From NCBI GenBank assembly GCA_052168235.1, contig JBQLZK010000001.1, positions 295,791 to 359,790 of the forward strand: a stretch of DNA of 64,000 bases, read 5' to 3'. The position numbers were made by a program, and so were the translations under genes. The notes beneath the pieces were generated by a model that was not told the origin of the DNA, did not search any database, and was given only the letters and a program-made list of their open reading frames with translations. Of this stretch, positions 10,743 to 20,600 are shown one piece after another. How positions within the stretch are numbered: position 1 is the stretch's first letter; every line of letters begins with the position of its first letter. The stretch comes from Thainema sp. (lineage in GTDB: Bacteria > Cyanobacteriota > Cyanobacteriia > Phormidesmidales > Phormidesmidaceae).

Positions 10743-11772
10743 GCAACACCGCATCGCAATTTTGATGCACCAAGGCTTGACCAGCGGCAAAGGCAAGACG
10801 GGCCATTCGGTCTTGCGCTACAGCGAAATTCCGGTGGTGGCCGTGGTTGATCAGGAGCATCCGGGCGGTTCAGTGCCAGAATTAACCGGAATCAAAGCCG
10901 ATGTGCCGATTGTTGGCTCTGTGAAAGAAGCGATGGTTCATAACCCGAATGTGCTGCTGATTGGCATTGCGCCGTCGGGGGGAGCGCTGCCGGATGAATG
11001 GTTTGCGGAAGTGCGGCAGGCGGTTGAACTCGGTTTATCAATCGTCAATGGTCTGCATACGCCGATGGCTGAACATCCCGACCTGGCTCCGCTGGTGAAA
11101 GACAAATGGATTTGGGACGTGCGGAAAGAGCCGGGTGGCCTGCGGGTCGGTTCCGGTATGGCCAGTAAGCTGCCCTGTTCGCGAGTGCTGACGGTGGGCA
11201 CCGACATGAGCATCGGCAAGATGTCCACGGGCATTGAGCTGCACCGAGCCGCTGTGCAACGGGGCATTTCGTCCTACATGATTGCGACGGGACAAACGGG
11301 GCTGATGCTGGGCTACGACGGCATTCCGCTGGATTCGATTCGGGTAGACTTTGCCGCTGGTGCGGTCGAGCAGCTGATGATGCGCTACGGCTATGATTAC
11401 GAACTTTTGTTTGTCGAAGGCCAAGGTTCGTTTATGAATCCGGCTTCCACGGCCACACTGCCGCTGATGCGCGGTTCCCAGCCGACTCACCTGATTCTGG
11501 TTCACAAAGCTGGACAAACTCACATCGAGAATTTCCCTGAATTTGCCATTCCGCCGCTCAAGAAGGCGATTGAAGTTTACGAAACCGTCGCCACCGCTGG
11601 CGGCACGTTCCAGCCGCCGGAAGTGGAAGCGATCGCACTTAATACCCATCACCTGTCCGAAGGAGATGCGATCGCAGCTATTCAACAGGTGCAAATTGAA
11701 ACAGGCTTGCCCTGCACCGACGTGATTCGCTTTGGCGCAGAGCCGATTCTAGACGCGATTTTGCGGGATTAG
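10726..11772 (+). CDS. DUF1611 (DgcN-like) P-loop protein
   Basis: GKTGHSVLRY, GIAPSGG, VNGLH, VGTDMSIGKM, ATGQTG, VEGQGS; overlaps the epimerase stop. Confidence 0.88.
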   Translation: MRLNPEQHRIAILMHQGLTSGKGKTGHSVLRYSEIPVVAVVDQEHPGGSVPELTGIKADVPIVGSVKEAMVHNPNVLLIGIAPSGGALPDEWFAEVRQAVELGLSIVNGLHTPMAEHPDLAPLVKDKWIWDVRKEPGGLRVGSGMASKLPCSRVLTVGTDMSIGKMSTGIELHRAAVQRGISSYMIATGQTGLMLGYDGIPLDSIRVDFAAGAVEQLMMRYGYDYELLFVEGQGSFMNPASTATLPLMRGSQPTHLILVHKAGQTHIENFPEFAIPPLKKAIEVYETVATAGGTFQPPEVEAIALNTHHLSEGDAIAAIQQVQIETGLPCTDVIRFGAEPILDAILRD

Positions 11773-11793
11773 TCGGGCTTAGCTCTAGCCGGA

Positions 11794-12237
11794 TTAGCCG
11801 ACCCAGTTCACACCACCGTCAGATGGAATGGAAGGCAGCGGTTTGCTCACAGGCGCACGCCGCGCATCATGGGTCGAGGTAGGCTGAGTTGACTTTTGCT
11901 GCTGCTGTTTCTGCTGTCCTGAGCCGTTTCCGGTGGAGCGCTCATCGGCGGGCTTGGCCACTCCTTTCAGCTCATATCTGGGTTCTGGCTTCAGCGCTTC
12001 CCGTTCTGGGATCACAATCTTACGCATGAAGTACTCAATCGTTTTCTGCTTCACCCAGCCACGGGTGGCCAAAACTTCGCCGAACTTCATGCCAGTGGCT
12101 TGCTGATCATTTAGTGCCACATCAATTTGAGCCTGCGTTAGTAATCCAGCATCGACCAGGTAGCTGCCCAGTCGTTTACGACCCGTCATCGATGTTGAGA
12201 CGGTTTGGACTTGATATCGCTCGCTGCTGTCTCGCAT
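11794..12237 (-). CDS. Small protein with an MshEN-like putative c-di-GMP-binding motif
   Basis: RLGSYLVDAGLLTQAQIDVALNDQ followed by KFGEVLATRGWV. Confidence 0.7.
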   Translation of the reverse strand: MRDSSERYQVQTVSTSMTGRKRLGSYLVDAGLLTQAQIDVALNDQQATGMKFGEVLATRGWVKQKTIEYFMRKIVIPEREALKPEPRYELKGVAKPADERSTGNGSGQQKQQQQKSTQPTSTHDARRAPVSKPLPSIPSDGGVNWVG

Positions 12238-12584
12238 GATATCCTCCGAACGTATCGCTTTCGTGATGCAGTCTTCAGGCCGATAATGATTGGCTATGTA
12301 GGCACGATCTACAGCCTGCTGTCTACCGTTTGCTTAAACCTTCATACCGTTTCCACCAAAACGGCAATTTTCTTCATTCGTAATTGATATTCTATCCACT
12401 ATAACAACTTGTTCCGAGAGTCCCCACCCCCGGCAGGGTGAACTACGGCTTTTTTGCTTGCCCTGAAAACCAGATGTCCTGCTAGGGTGGAATCAGGTAC
12501 CAACCCTTGGCCAATTGTCATCGTTAAGCAACTTTTTAAGCAACGTTTAAGATTCACCATTCACATCAACTACCGACAACCTCA

Positions 12585-13994
12585 ATGGCTGCTGATTCAT
12601 CTGCTCAGACTCCCTGGTGGAGCGCTCCCAAACGCTATTTTCAGAAAGAAGTTTTACCCTTACTGGCTGATCTCCGACTTGCGATCGCACTTTTACTTGC
12701 GATCGCGGTGTTCAGCATCTCCGGCACGGTGATTGAACAAGGGCAATCCCTGGCGTTTTATCAAGCCAACTATCCCGAAGATCCCGCGCTGTTCGGCTTT
12801 CTCAGTTGGAAAGTTCTGCTGACAATTGGCCTCGACCATGTGTATCGCACCTGGTGGTTTCTGGCGCTGCTGATTCTGTTTGGCTCTAGCTTGACCGCCT
12901 GCACGTTTACGCGACAGTTTCCGGCTCTCAAAGCCGCCCGCCGCTGGAAGTTCTACGAGAAACCCCGCCAGTTCGAGAAACTCGCCCTCAGCACTGAGTT
13001 CAGTACCTCCTCGCCTGCCTCCCTCGATACTCTCGACCATTTACTGAAAGCTAAGCGGTATAAGGTATTTCAGGAGGGCAATACCCTCTACGCCCGCAAA
13101 GGCATCGCCGGACGCATTGGCCCAATCATCGTTCACGCCAGTATGCTGCTGATTTTGGCAGGCGCAATCTGGGGCGCGATGACCGGATTTTTTGCTCAGG
13201 AGATGGTACCCAGTGGCGAAACGTTTCAGGTGAAGCACATCTTTGATGCCGGCCCGTGGGCCGAGCGGCAGGTGCCCACCGATTGGAGCGTGAAGGTGAA
13301 TCGCTTCTGGATTGACTACACGCCAGAGGGCGACATCGACCAGTTTTATTCGGATCTGTCGGTGATTGATCAGGACGGGAATGAGCGCGATCGCAAAACG
13401 ATCCACGTCAATCAGCCGCTCACCTATGATCATGTGACGTTCTATCAGGCCGATTGGGGCATTTCCGGCGTTCAGGTCAAGCTCAACAACAGTCCCATTT
13501 TCCAGCTACCAATGGGTCAGCTAGAAGTGGGCGGAGCGGGTCGCCTCTGGGGAACCTGGGTGCCGACCAGCACGGACTTGTCCTCTGGTGTGTCGCTGGT
13601 GGCGAAGGATTTGCAGGGAATGCTGCTGGTCTATGACCAAACGGGCAAGCTGATTTCGACGGTACGCGAGGGAATGTCTACGGAAGTAAATGGCATCACG
13701 CTGTCGGTCGTCAAGATTATTGGCAGTACGGGGCTGCAAATCAAAGCCGATCCGGGGATTCCGATTGTCTATGCGGGCTTTGGGCTGCTGATGATTGGGG
13801 TGGTGATGAGCTATGTGTCGCACTCGCAGGTGTGGGCACTGCGGCAGGATGATCGGCTCTATGTCGGTGGCCGCACGAATCGCGCCCAGGTGACATTTGA
13901 GCGTGAGCTAATCGGTATTTTTGATCAGCTTAGTGAAACCGAATTGGATACTGAAGCGAGTTCTTCGACTCCAAAGCCAACGTTAGTTACCTAA
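12585..13994 (+). CDS. ccs1: Cytochrome c biogenesis protein Ccs1/ResB
   Basis: [67 protein letters not shown]. Confidence 0.93.
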   Translation: MAADSSAQTPWWSAPKRYFQKEVLPLLADLRLAIALLLAIAVFSISGTVIEQGQSLAFYQANYPEDPALFGFLSWKVLLTIGLDHVYRTWWFLALLILFGSSLTACTFTRQFPALKAARRWKFYEKPRQFEKLALSTEFSTSSPASLDTLDHLLKAKRYKVFQEGNTLYARKGIAGRIGPIIVHASMLLILAGAIWGAMTGFFAQEMVPSGETFQVKHIFDAGPWAERQVPTDWSVKVNRFWIDYTPEGDIDQFYSDLSVIDQDGNERDRKTIHVNQPLTYDHVTFYQADWGISGVQVKLNNSPIFQLPMGQLEVGGAGRLWGTWVPTSTDLSSGVSLVAKDLQGMLLVYDQTGKLISTVREGMSTEVNGITLSVVKIIGSTGLQIKADPGIPIVYAGFGLLMIGVVMSYVSHSQVWALRQDDRLYVGGRTNRAQVTFERELIGIFDQLSETELDTEASSSTPKPTLVT

Positions 13995-14043
13995 CAATTT
14001 TAGTGGTTTGCTTGTTGCAATTTTGTTCTGGAGAATTTGTGAT

Positions 14044-14148
14044 CTCTAACGTCCAGGATGAGATGCAGGCGAAAGCGATGCGGCCTTTCCCCTTCCTCTT
14101 GCAAAAGGCGTGTCGCTTTTGACTGTCAGTTCCATCCATTGGTTAGGC
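14044..14148 (-). mobile_element. attC-like integron cassette recombination site (105 bp)
   Basis: Minus strand reads GCCTAAC-CAATGGATGGAACTGAC...GCATCTCATCCTGGAC-GTTAGAG: RYYYAAC start, GTTAGAG end, paired inner L-box-like arms, palindromic core. Confidence 0.75.
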
Positions 14149-14255
14149 GGCAACGCGCATACCTCGGCGCGCTGATGTTCGATCATGTATCAGCCACCTC
14201 TCGCTTTGCTAATGATTCCCACAAACGTCCGAAGAACCTCGCAAGGCTCGTCTTA

Positions 14256-14495
14256 TCAGCTAGCCGCTGTGCCACTACCGCCGAGCGAGCTAGAAGCCCC
14301 AAGGATAAAACCGAAGTCATACAACAGTCCGTTGTTGTTCGTCTCGTAGATGCGGACACCATCCACAAAGAGACTTACGAAAAATACAATCGGACTGATC
14401 AGGCCGTGCCAAAGGCCAGCCAAGAACCCAGCGGGTCTTCCACCAGGAAGAGAGTATTTTGAATTGGGACCTGCTACGGCTAGAACGTTTGCCAT
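14256..14495 (-). CDS. Small membrane protein, gene cassette 2
   Basis: 79 aa with RBS GGAGGA; PAGFLAGLWHGLISP..IYETNNNG..YDFGFILG; lies between two attC-like sites. Confidence 0.75.
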   Translation of the reverse strand: MANVLAVAGPNSKYSLPGGRPAGFLAGLWHGLISPIVFFVSLFVDGVRIYETNNNGLLYDFGFILGASSSLGGSGTAAS

Positions 14496-14615
14496 CGATT
14501 CCTCCCAATAAGATTTGGTGCCTTGGCGTTCGAAAAACGTGACTCTTAAGGTTGACGGATACAGCTTAAAGGCGAACCCCGTTCGTCAGCAGTCTACATG
14601 TGCCCCACCATTGCC

Positions 14616-14713
14616 GCCTAACACCACAAACTCGGCGACCCAGCGCACGGAACCCAGCGAAGCGATTACAGCCGCGAAGCTTCCGCCAGATTTGCAGCAG
14701 CACATTGTTAGGC
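14616..14713 (-). mobile_element. attC-like integron cassette recombination site (98 bp)
   Basis: Minus strand reads GCCTAAC-AATGTGCTGCTGC...GTCGCCGAGTTTGTGGT-GTTAGGC, with perfectly complementary R boxes, 13 bp after the upstream gene's stop. Confidence 0.75.
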
Positions 14714-14726
14714 TAACGTCTTATCA

Positions 14727-14993
14727 TTATCTTTGTAGTCGGTCAATGACTCTCAAGAATCTTAAATTCCACCCAAAATCGAAAACCAGCATCCACTGCA
14801 TAGCAGCGCAAAATGCCAATGTTCCATCTGTAGGCTGGCCACTACTTAAGCGGGACACGATGAGCACAATAGAAGCTATGCACGCACACCAAAACACAAT
14901 CGTCTGGCGACGGGCCAAGTCATTAATGGCGGCGGCTCGCCGTGTAGTGTCTGTTGCCACCTCTGCGAACTTCTTATCGTATTTGGTGAACAT
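14727..14993 (-). CDS. Small two-TM hypothetical protein, gene cassette 1
   Basis: 88 aa with two hydrophobic segments; ATG about 23 nt after a GTTAGGC core site; followed by attC. Confidence 0.65.
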   Translation of the reverse strand: MFTKYDKKFAEVATDTTRRAAAINDLARRQTIVFWCACIASIVLIVSRLSSGQPTDGTLAFCAAMQWMLVFDFGWNLRFLRVIDRLQR

Positions 14994-15016
14994 AATGAAG
15001 TATGTGTAGTGAAGTG

Positions 15017-15045
15017 GCCTAACGATGAAGTTGAGCTGCGGGGAA
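15017..15045 (-). mobile_element. Right half of a degenerate attC-like site
   Basis: Minus strand CCCCGCAGCTCAACTTCATC-GTTAGGC just before the cassette 1 gene; no clean left half found. Confidence 0.55.
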
Positions 15046-15184
15046 AATCGCTTAGGCTAATGGATTCAGTATAAACATCTTGAATTTGCAATTTAGGCTG
15101 TTTGAACTGCATGTATTATTTGGCAACACATCTTTATCTTAATTTCCTGATCCTGGTAGAGATGGTGTGGTTTCACTGTGAATG

Positions 15185-15345
15185 GGAGGAAAAGTGCGAT
15201 CGCATGTGAACAAGATTGAGGAAAAAGTGCGATTGTTCTGCGAAGCAAATGGGATTGCGGGGAAAGTGCGATCGCACTGTAAAAGTAATGGTGTTAGTTC
15301 TGCGATCGCACTGTAAACAGGATCGTGAAAAGAGTGCGATCGCTA
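15185..15345. repeat. Cluster of extended-HIP1 repeats (AAAGTGCGATCGCA type)
   Basis: Four perfect HIP1 sites (15196, 15268, 15302, 15336) plus a degenerate one within 160 bp, with shared flanks. Confidence 0.75.
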
Positions 15346-15373
15346 ATCAAAACACTCAACGAAGAGAACAGAG

Positions 15374-15766
15374 CTAAGGAATATAAATCCGATCTACACC
15401 CATGTAATTCTCAATATCAAATAAAATCTCGACTAATCAGCTCGCGCATCGTTCCCGATAAATCTGCTCATCGAGCCGCTCTTTATTGCCAATCGTTACA
15501 ACAGGCAGCGATTGTAGATTATTTTCTTCCCGGATTACTTGTTCTAGTGAATCATCTCCCTTCATATTACGATTTGCCGTCAGAATGATCATCTGATTGC
15601 TTTGAACCACCTGCCACACCAAGCGATCAGGACTATTTTCAAGTAAGCTGACTTCTTCAAATCCAACGAAGCGAATTGGCATCAGTTCAAGCCATCCTTC
15701 AGCCGCGATCGTCCCCCACAATAAAGCTGCTTGTCCTCTCAAGTTGTAATCAACCAGGAAATTCAT
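15374..15766 (-). pseudogene. DUF5615 PIN-like toxin with a premature TGA at 15437-15439
   Basis: MNFLVDYNL..SPDRLVW..ILTANR..RERCAS*LVEILFDIENYMGVDRIYIP*; family-like C-terminus continues in frame after the stop. Confidence 0.75.
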
Positions 15767-16137
15767 ACCTTGGATTCAAGCCGATCTTTCCAAGCTTGAA
15801 GTTTTGCACGGATAGCCTCATGTTCTAGGTTTGGAGGCATTGCAGCAAGACGGGCAAAATGTTCTCGATTACGTGCTTCCCAGAATTGTCGGTTCTCTTC
15901 TGCAATTTGTAAAACCTGTTGATATTCGGCTTCGGCTTCAGCCTGATGAGCCTCAATGTAACAGAGAGCAGCATCGACTTGAGCATCTGTGAGACAGAGC
16001 TTTTCACGAATGAGTTTCGCAGGATAGCCAGCCGTGAAATAATCCATCACATCATACAGAGTAATGCGGGTGCCTGCGATGGTTAGTCCTCGCTCTGTCC
16101 GTACAATATTGGCTTGTTCATTCGGTGCTGAAGCCAT
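15763..16137 (-). CDS. DUF433 family antitoxin
   Basis: IVRTERGLTIAGTRITLYDVMDY..LTDAQVDAALCYI; ATGA overlap with the PIN-like gene. Confidence 0.85.
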   Translation of the reverse strand: MASAPNEQANIVRTERGLTIAGTRITLYDVMDYFTAGYPAKLIREKLCLTDAQVDAALCYIEAHQAEAEAEYQQVLQIAEENRQFWEARNREHFARLAAMPPNLEHEAIRAKLQAWKDRLESKV

Positions 16138-16313
16138 AGCCCAATTTTTGTAAAAGCTGCTTTCAGCATATCGCGTTGTAAATGGGATGTGAGAGAAGTG
16201 CGATCGCATTCATGACCTCAATCACTGGACACCATAACGCTTTGCAAATCGCCATTGCTTCAGTGCCGAAAGCCTTGCTCTGTAATAAATCGGGTCAATT
16301 GCGCCAGTTTTGG

Positions 16314-17210
16314 TTAGTCCCATCGATGTTGTCGAGCTTCATAGACAATCTCTTGAGCCTCTTCGAGTGAAATATCATAGCGGGCGCTCAAAAGATAAGG
16401 AATGCGATCGCAGTCGCGATTCGGATCCACATCTGGTTTGCTGGAATAAGCAGGCAGGGCAACATTGCATAAAAAAGGCGCAGCTTTCGCCTCTAGTTGA
16501 AGCGGTTCAAGATTTTGAGCGTCTCGCGAATTTGTAAAAAATAGCAAGGCACCGCTGAGGTTAGCATTGCTCAAGTTGGCATCAGTGAGCAGGGTACAGT
16601 TGAGGTCAGTCCCGCTGAGGTTGGCATATCGAAGATCGGCCCTACTGAGATTGGTATATCTGAGGTTAGCCCCGCTGAGGTTGGCATATCGAAGATCAGC
16701 CCTGCTGAGGTTAGCCCCGCTGAGGTTGGCACTGATGAGGTTGGCTCCGCTAAGATTGGCCCCGTTAAGGTTGGCTCCGTTAAGCCCAGCATAGTTAAGG
16801 TCAGCCCCGCTCAAGTCGACACCGCTGAGATTGGCATCACTCAGATTAGCCTCGTTAAGCTCAGCATTGTTAAGATTAGCCCCACTCAAATCAGCCCCGC
16901 TGAGATCGACGCCGCTCAGGTTAGCTGTCTCTGGATGTCTGTTGGTCGTGCGGGAATTGAGCACTAGGAAGATGCCACCAGCAACTATCGTGATTGCCCC
17001 AATCCCGCCGATGAGAGTTTCACGATCTGAATGAGCAAGAGCTGCTGTTTCGTTGTCGGGTAGGTGACTATAATCCGGCTGGAGTCTCCGATTGGGAAGT
17101 AACCCAAGCCACCACACCATCCCAAGAAAGGCTGGAGTTGCGATCGCTCCCATCACCCACCACTTGTTAATCCTGATCTTTGGCTGCCACTGCTTAAATT
17201 GCTCCCGCAT
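16314..17210 (-). CDS. Membrane-anchored pentapeptide repeat protein
   Basis: Two N-terminal hydrophobic segments followed by a long A(N/D)L(S/R)x repeat tract. Confidence 0.88.
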   Translation of the reverse strand: MREQFKQWQPKIRINKWWVMGAIATPAFLGMVWWLGLLPNRRLQPDYSHLPDNETAALAHSDRETLIGGIGAITIVAGGIFLVLNSRTTNRHPETANLSGVDLSGADLSGANLNNAELNEANLSDANLSGVDLSGADLNYAGLNGANLNGANLSGANLISANLSGANLSRADLRYANLSGANLRYTNLSRADLRYANLSGTDLNCTLLTDANLSNANLSGALLFFTNSRDAQNLEPLQLEAKAAPFLCNVALPAYSSKPDVDPNRDCDRIPYLLSARYDISLEEAQEIVYEARQHRWD

Positions 17211-17688
17211 GCTTGAGACTCCCTCAATATAATGGGCTCAGCGCTGAGCCTATTATTACGCCCCCTATTTCGGGAAAGCTCTAATCTTTATGCACGCTTA
17301 ACCCCACCCCATTCACCCCAAAGTAAACGGGCCTCTCTCGACATATTCGGGGAGGCGACTCCGATGCGATTGCTTATACCCTTTGCTAGATGTTTAGTGA
17401 TGCATCTTTTGCTATGTGTTGTAGATTAAGCCATTTGTCCTATACCTTGCCAACCTGAAACTCGAAATAGACATTTTGCGATCGCAAGGTGGCGGTAAAA
17501 TATCCCTTCTGGTTTTGGTAGATAACATAAACCTGGTTGCCCACCCCTGATTGCTATCGCTGCCCAGTTGATGGCGATGATGAACCGGATTGCTTGCAGC
17601 TTTATGGGTTTAATACTATTTGACGCTGTCAGCATCTACTTGCCCGATCTCTCAAGTCTGCTTCTTCCTGTCGATTGCTATCCAACCT

Positions 17689-20600
17689 ATGTTCGACGAC
17701 GCATCCTCTAAACCTCTCTCGTCGGTTCCTTTACCCAGTCCCGAAACGGAACAAGTAGACGCACTGCAACATGAACAAGAAATGTTGAAGGTGCTATTGG
17801 ATAATGTACAGACTGGAATTGTGGCTTGTAATGCTCAAGGGATTTTGACGCTGTTCAACCAGGTTGCCCGCGAGTTTCATGGCCTGCCAGAACAGCCTTT
17901 ACCACCTGAGCAATGGGCAGAATATTACGACCTCTATCGGGCTGATGGCAAAACGCGGATGTCTCAACATGAGATTCCGCTATTTCGCGCTTTACAAGGA
18001 GAAACAGTTCACAACGTTGAAATGGTGATTGCGCCGAAGGGAAAAATGGCGCGGACACTGTTGGCTAGCGGACAAGCCATCATTGATGCTCAGGGGAACA
18101 AGCAGGGCGCGGTGGTAGTGATGCACGACATCACAGAGCGTAAGCAGATGGAAAATGTGCTGCGAGAAAGTGAAGCTCGGCTGTTTAGCATTTTTCAGAC
18201 GATTCCCGATGGCGTCATTATTCTGGATCAACATGGACAGATTGCAGCAGCCAATTCAGCCGCAGAACAAATTCTAGGATTGGCTAGTGGCGTCTTAGCC
18301 CAGCGCGTATATAACGATCCAAATTGGTCAATTACAACCCTGGATGGGCAACCCTTCCCTGAAGAAGAACTACCGTTTACCCGCGTGATGCAGACTCGCA
18401 AGCCTGTTTACGCTGTTGAACATGCCATTAGCCACGCTGACGGGACAAGAAAGCTCCTTTCGATCAACGCTTCTCCTTTGTTTGATACAGAAGGACATCT
18501 AATTAATGTAGTTGCATCCGTCAGCGACATTACCGCTCGCAAACAGGCCGAAGTGACGCTGCAAGAATCAGAAGAACGCTATCGTTCGGTCATTGAAACA
18601 GCGGCTGAGGGCATTGTGCTGCAGTATGCAGACGGCACTATCTTTACCTGTAATGTCAGTGCTGAGCAAATTTTAGGACTGACCGCGGCTCAAATGATGG
18701 GACGCACCTCCCTTGATCCTCGCTGGTCTGCCATCCATGAAGATGGTTCACCGTTTCCGGGTGAACAGCATCCGGCGATGATTACGCTGCAAACGGGGGA
18801 ACCCCAATCCAATCAGGTGATGGGGGTTTGCAAACCTGATGGGACGCTGACTTGGATCTCAATTAATACCCGTCCACTCTTTCAAGCCCATGATCCAAAG
18901 CCATTTGCTGTGGTGGCTTCTTTTTTTGATATCACTGATCGCAAACAGGCCGAGACGGAACGAGATCAGTTAATTCGCGAACAGGCAGCTCGATTGGAAG
19001 CGGAAGCGGATCAGCGGCGATCGGCCTTCCTGGTAGAAGTCAGCACGGCTTTGGCGTCGTCTTTGGATTATGAACAAACGCTGCAAAGTGTTGCCCAGTT
19101 AGCTGTCCCCTATTTTGCTGATTGGTGTTCGGTAGATCTATTAAACGATGACGGCAGCATCAGCCGTGTGGCCGTGGCCCATTCTGATCCGGAGAAGGTG
19201 CAGTTTGGTTGGGAGCTTGCCCAACGCTTTTCTCGACATCTGGATGATGGATACGGTGTTTCTGAGGTGATGAAAACGGGTCGTAGCGAAATTGCGATCG
19301 CAATTACCGATGAGCAACTGGCAACCATTCCGAATCCTGAATATTTGGAAATCTTACGCGGCATCGGTTTAAAATCCTGTATCGTCTCGCCTCTCCAGGC
19401 TCGGGGCCGGGTCATGGGCGGCATTTCGTTTGCCTTTGCCGAATCAAATCGCCACTACAGTCCTGCTGATTTGACGTTGGCGGAAGACTTAGCCCGGCGT
19501 GCTGCGATCGCAATTGATAATGCTCGCTTGTACTACACAGCACAGCAGGCCAAGCAAGCGGCTGAAACCGCTGCTGACCGCACAGCTCGTCTACAGGCTG
19601 TGACAGCCGCTCTGGCTGAATCGTTAACGCCTGAACAGGTTGCCAATGTGGTGGTGGAGCAGAGTGTCGCAGCACTTGGCGCAAAAGCCGCTCTGGTGGC
19701 GCTGGTCAGTCCCGACAGAACCGAACTTGAAATTGTCCAATCAATTGACTGTCGCCCAGAGTTAATAGAGTCCTGGCACAAATTTCCAATTGATGCCGAT
19801 GCGCCACTGGCAAAAGCCGTTCGGACTGGTCAACCCCAATGGCTAGAAACCCTGGCCGATCGAGTTGCCCGCTATCCTCATCTAGCCACCGCCTATAGCC
19901 ATTACAATTTTGAATCTTGGATGTCACTACCGCTGATCGTAGAAGGCGTCTCAATTGGCGGCATCGCGCTTGGCTTTGCGAGTTATCGACATCTGAGCCA
20001 AGCTGACCGCGAATTTATTTTGGCTCTCAGTCGTCAATGTGCCCAGGCCATCTCACGCGCCCAACTATATGAGGCCGAACGTCAGGCCAGAGCCGAAGCT
20101 GAACAGGCGAATCAGGTGAAAGATGAATTCTTAGCGGTGCTCTCCCATGAGTTGCGATCGCCACTAAATCCGATTTTGGGCTGGTCTAGACTGCTACAAA
20201 CTAAGCATGACAATTTGGATACCTTACTGCGCGGTTTGCAAACAATTGAACGCAACGCCAAACTGCAAACTCAATTAATTGAAGACTTACTAGATGTTTC
20301 TCGAATTTTGCGCGGCAAACTCAGCCTCACCGTTGCACCCGTCGATCTCAAGTCCACCATCGACGCCGCAATCGAAACTGTCCGGCTAGCGGCAGAGGCC
20401 AAAAAAATTGATTTGCAATTTACGGTTGTGGATTTTGACTCGAATGATCATGCATTAGATGCTCTAGACTTCAAAATTTCAAATCCTCACTACCACGTTT
20501 CTGGAGACGCGGCTCGCTTACAGCAGGTCGTGTGGAATTTGCTGTCCAATGCCGTTAAATTTACGCCCGATGGTGGTCGAGTCGAGGTGAAGCTGGAACA

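Noticed and set aside
14058..15009. Plus-strand ORFs 14058-14462 and 14515-15009
   Set aside because: They are antisense to the cassette genes, run across attC-like sites and show no recognisable motifs.
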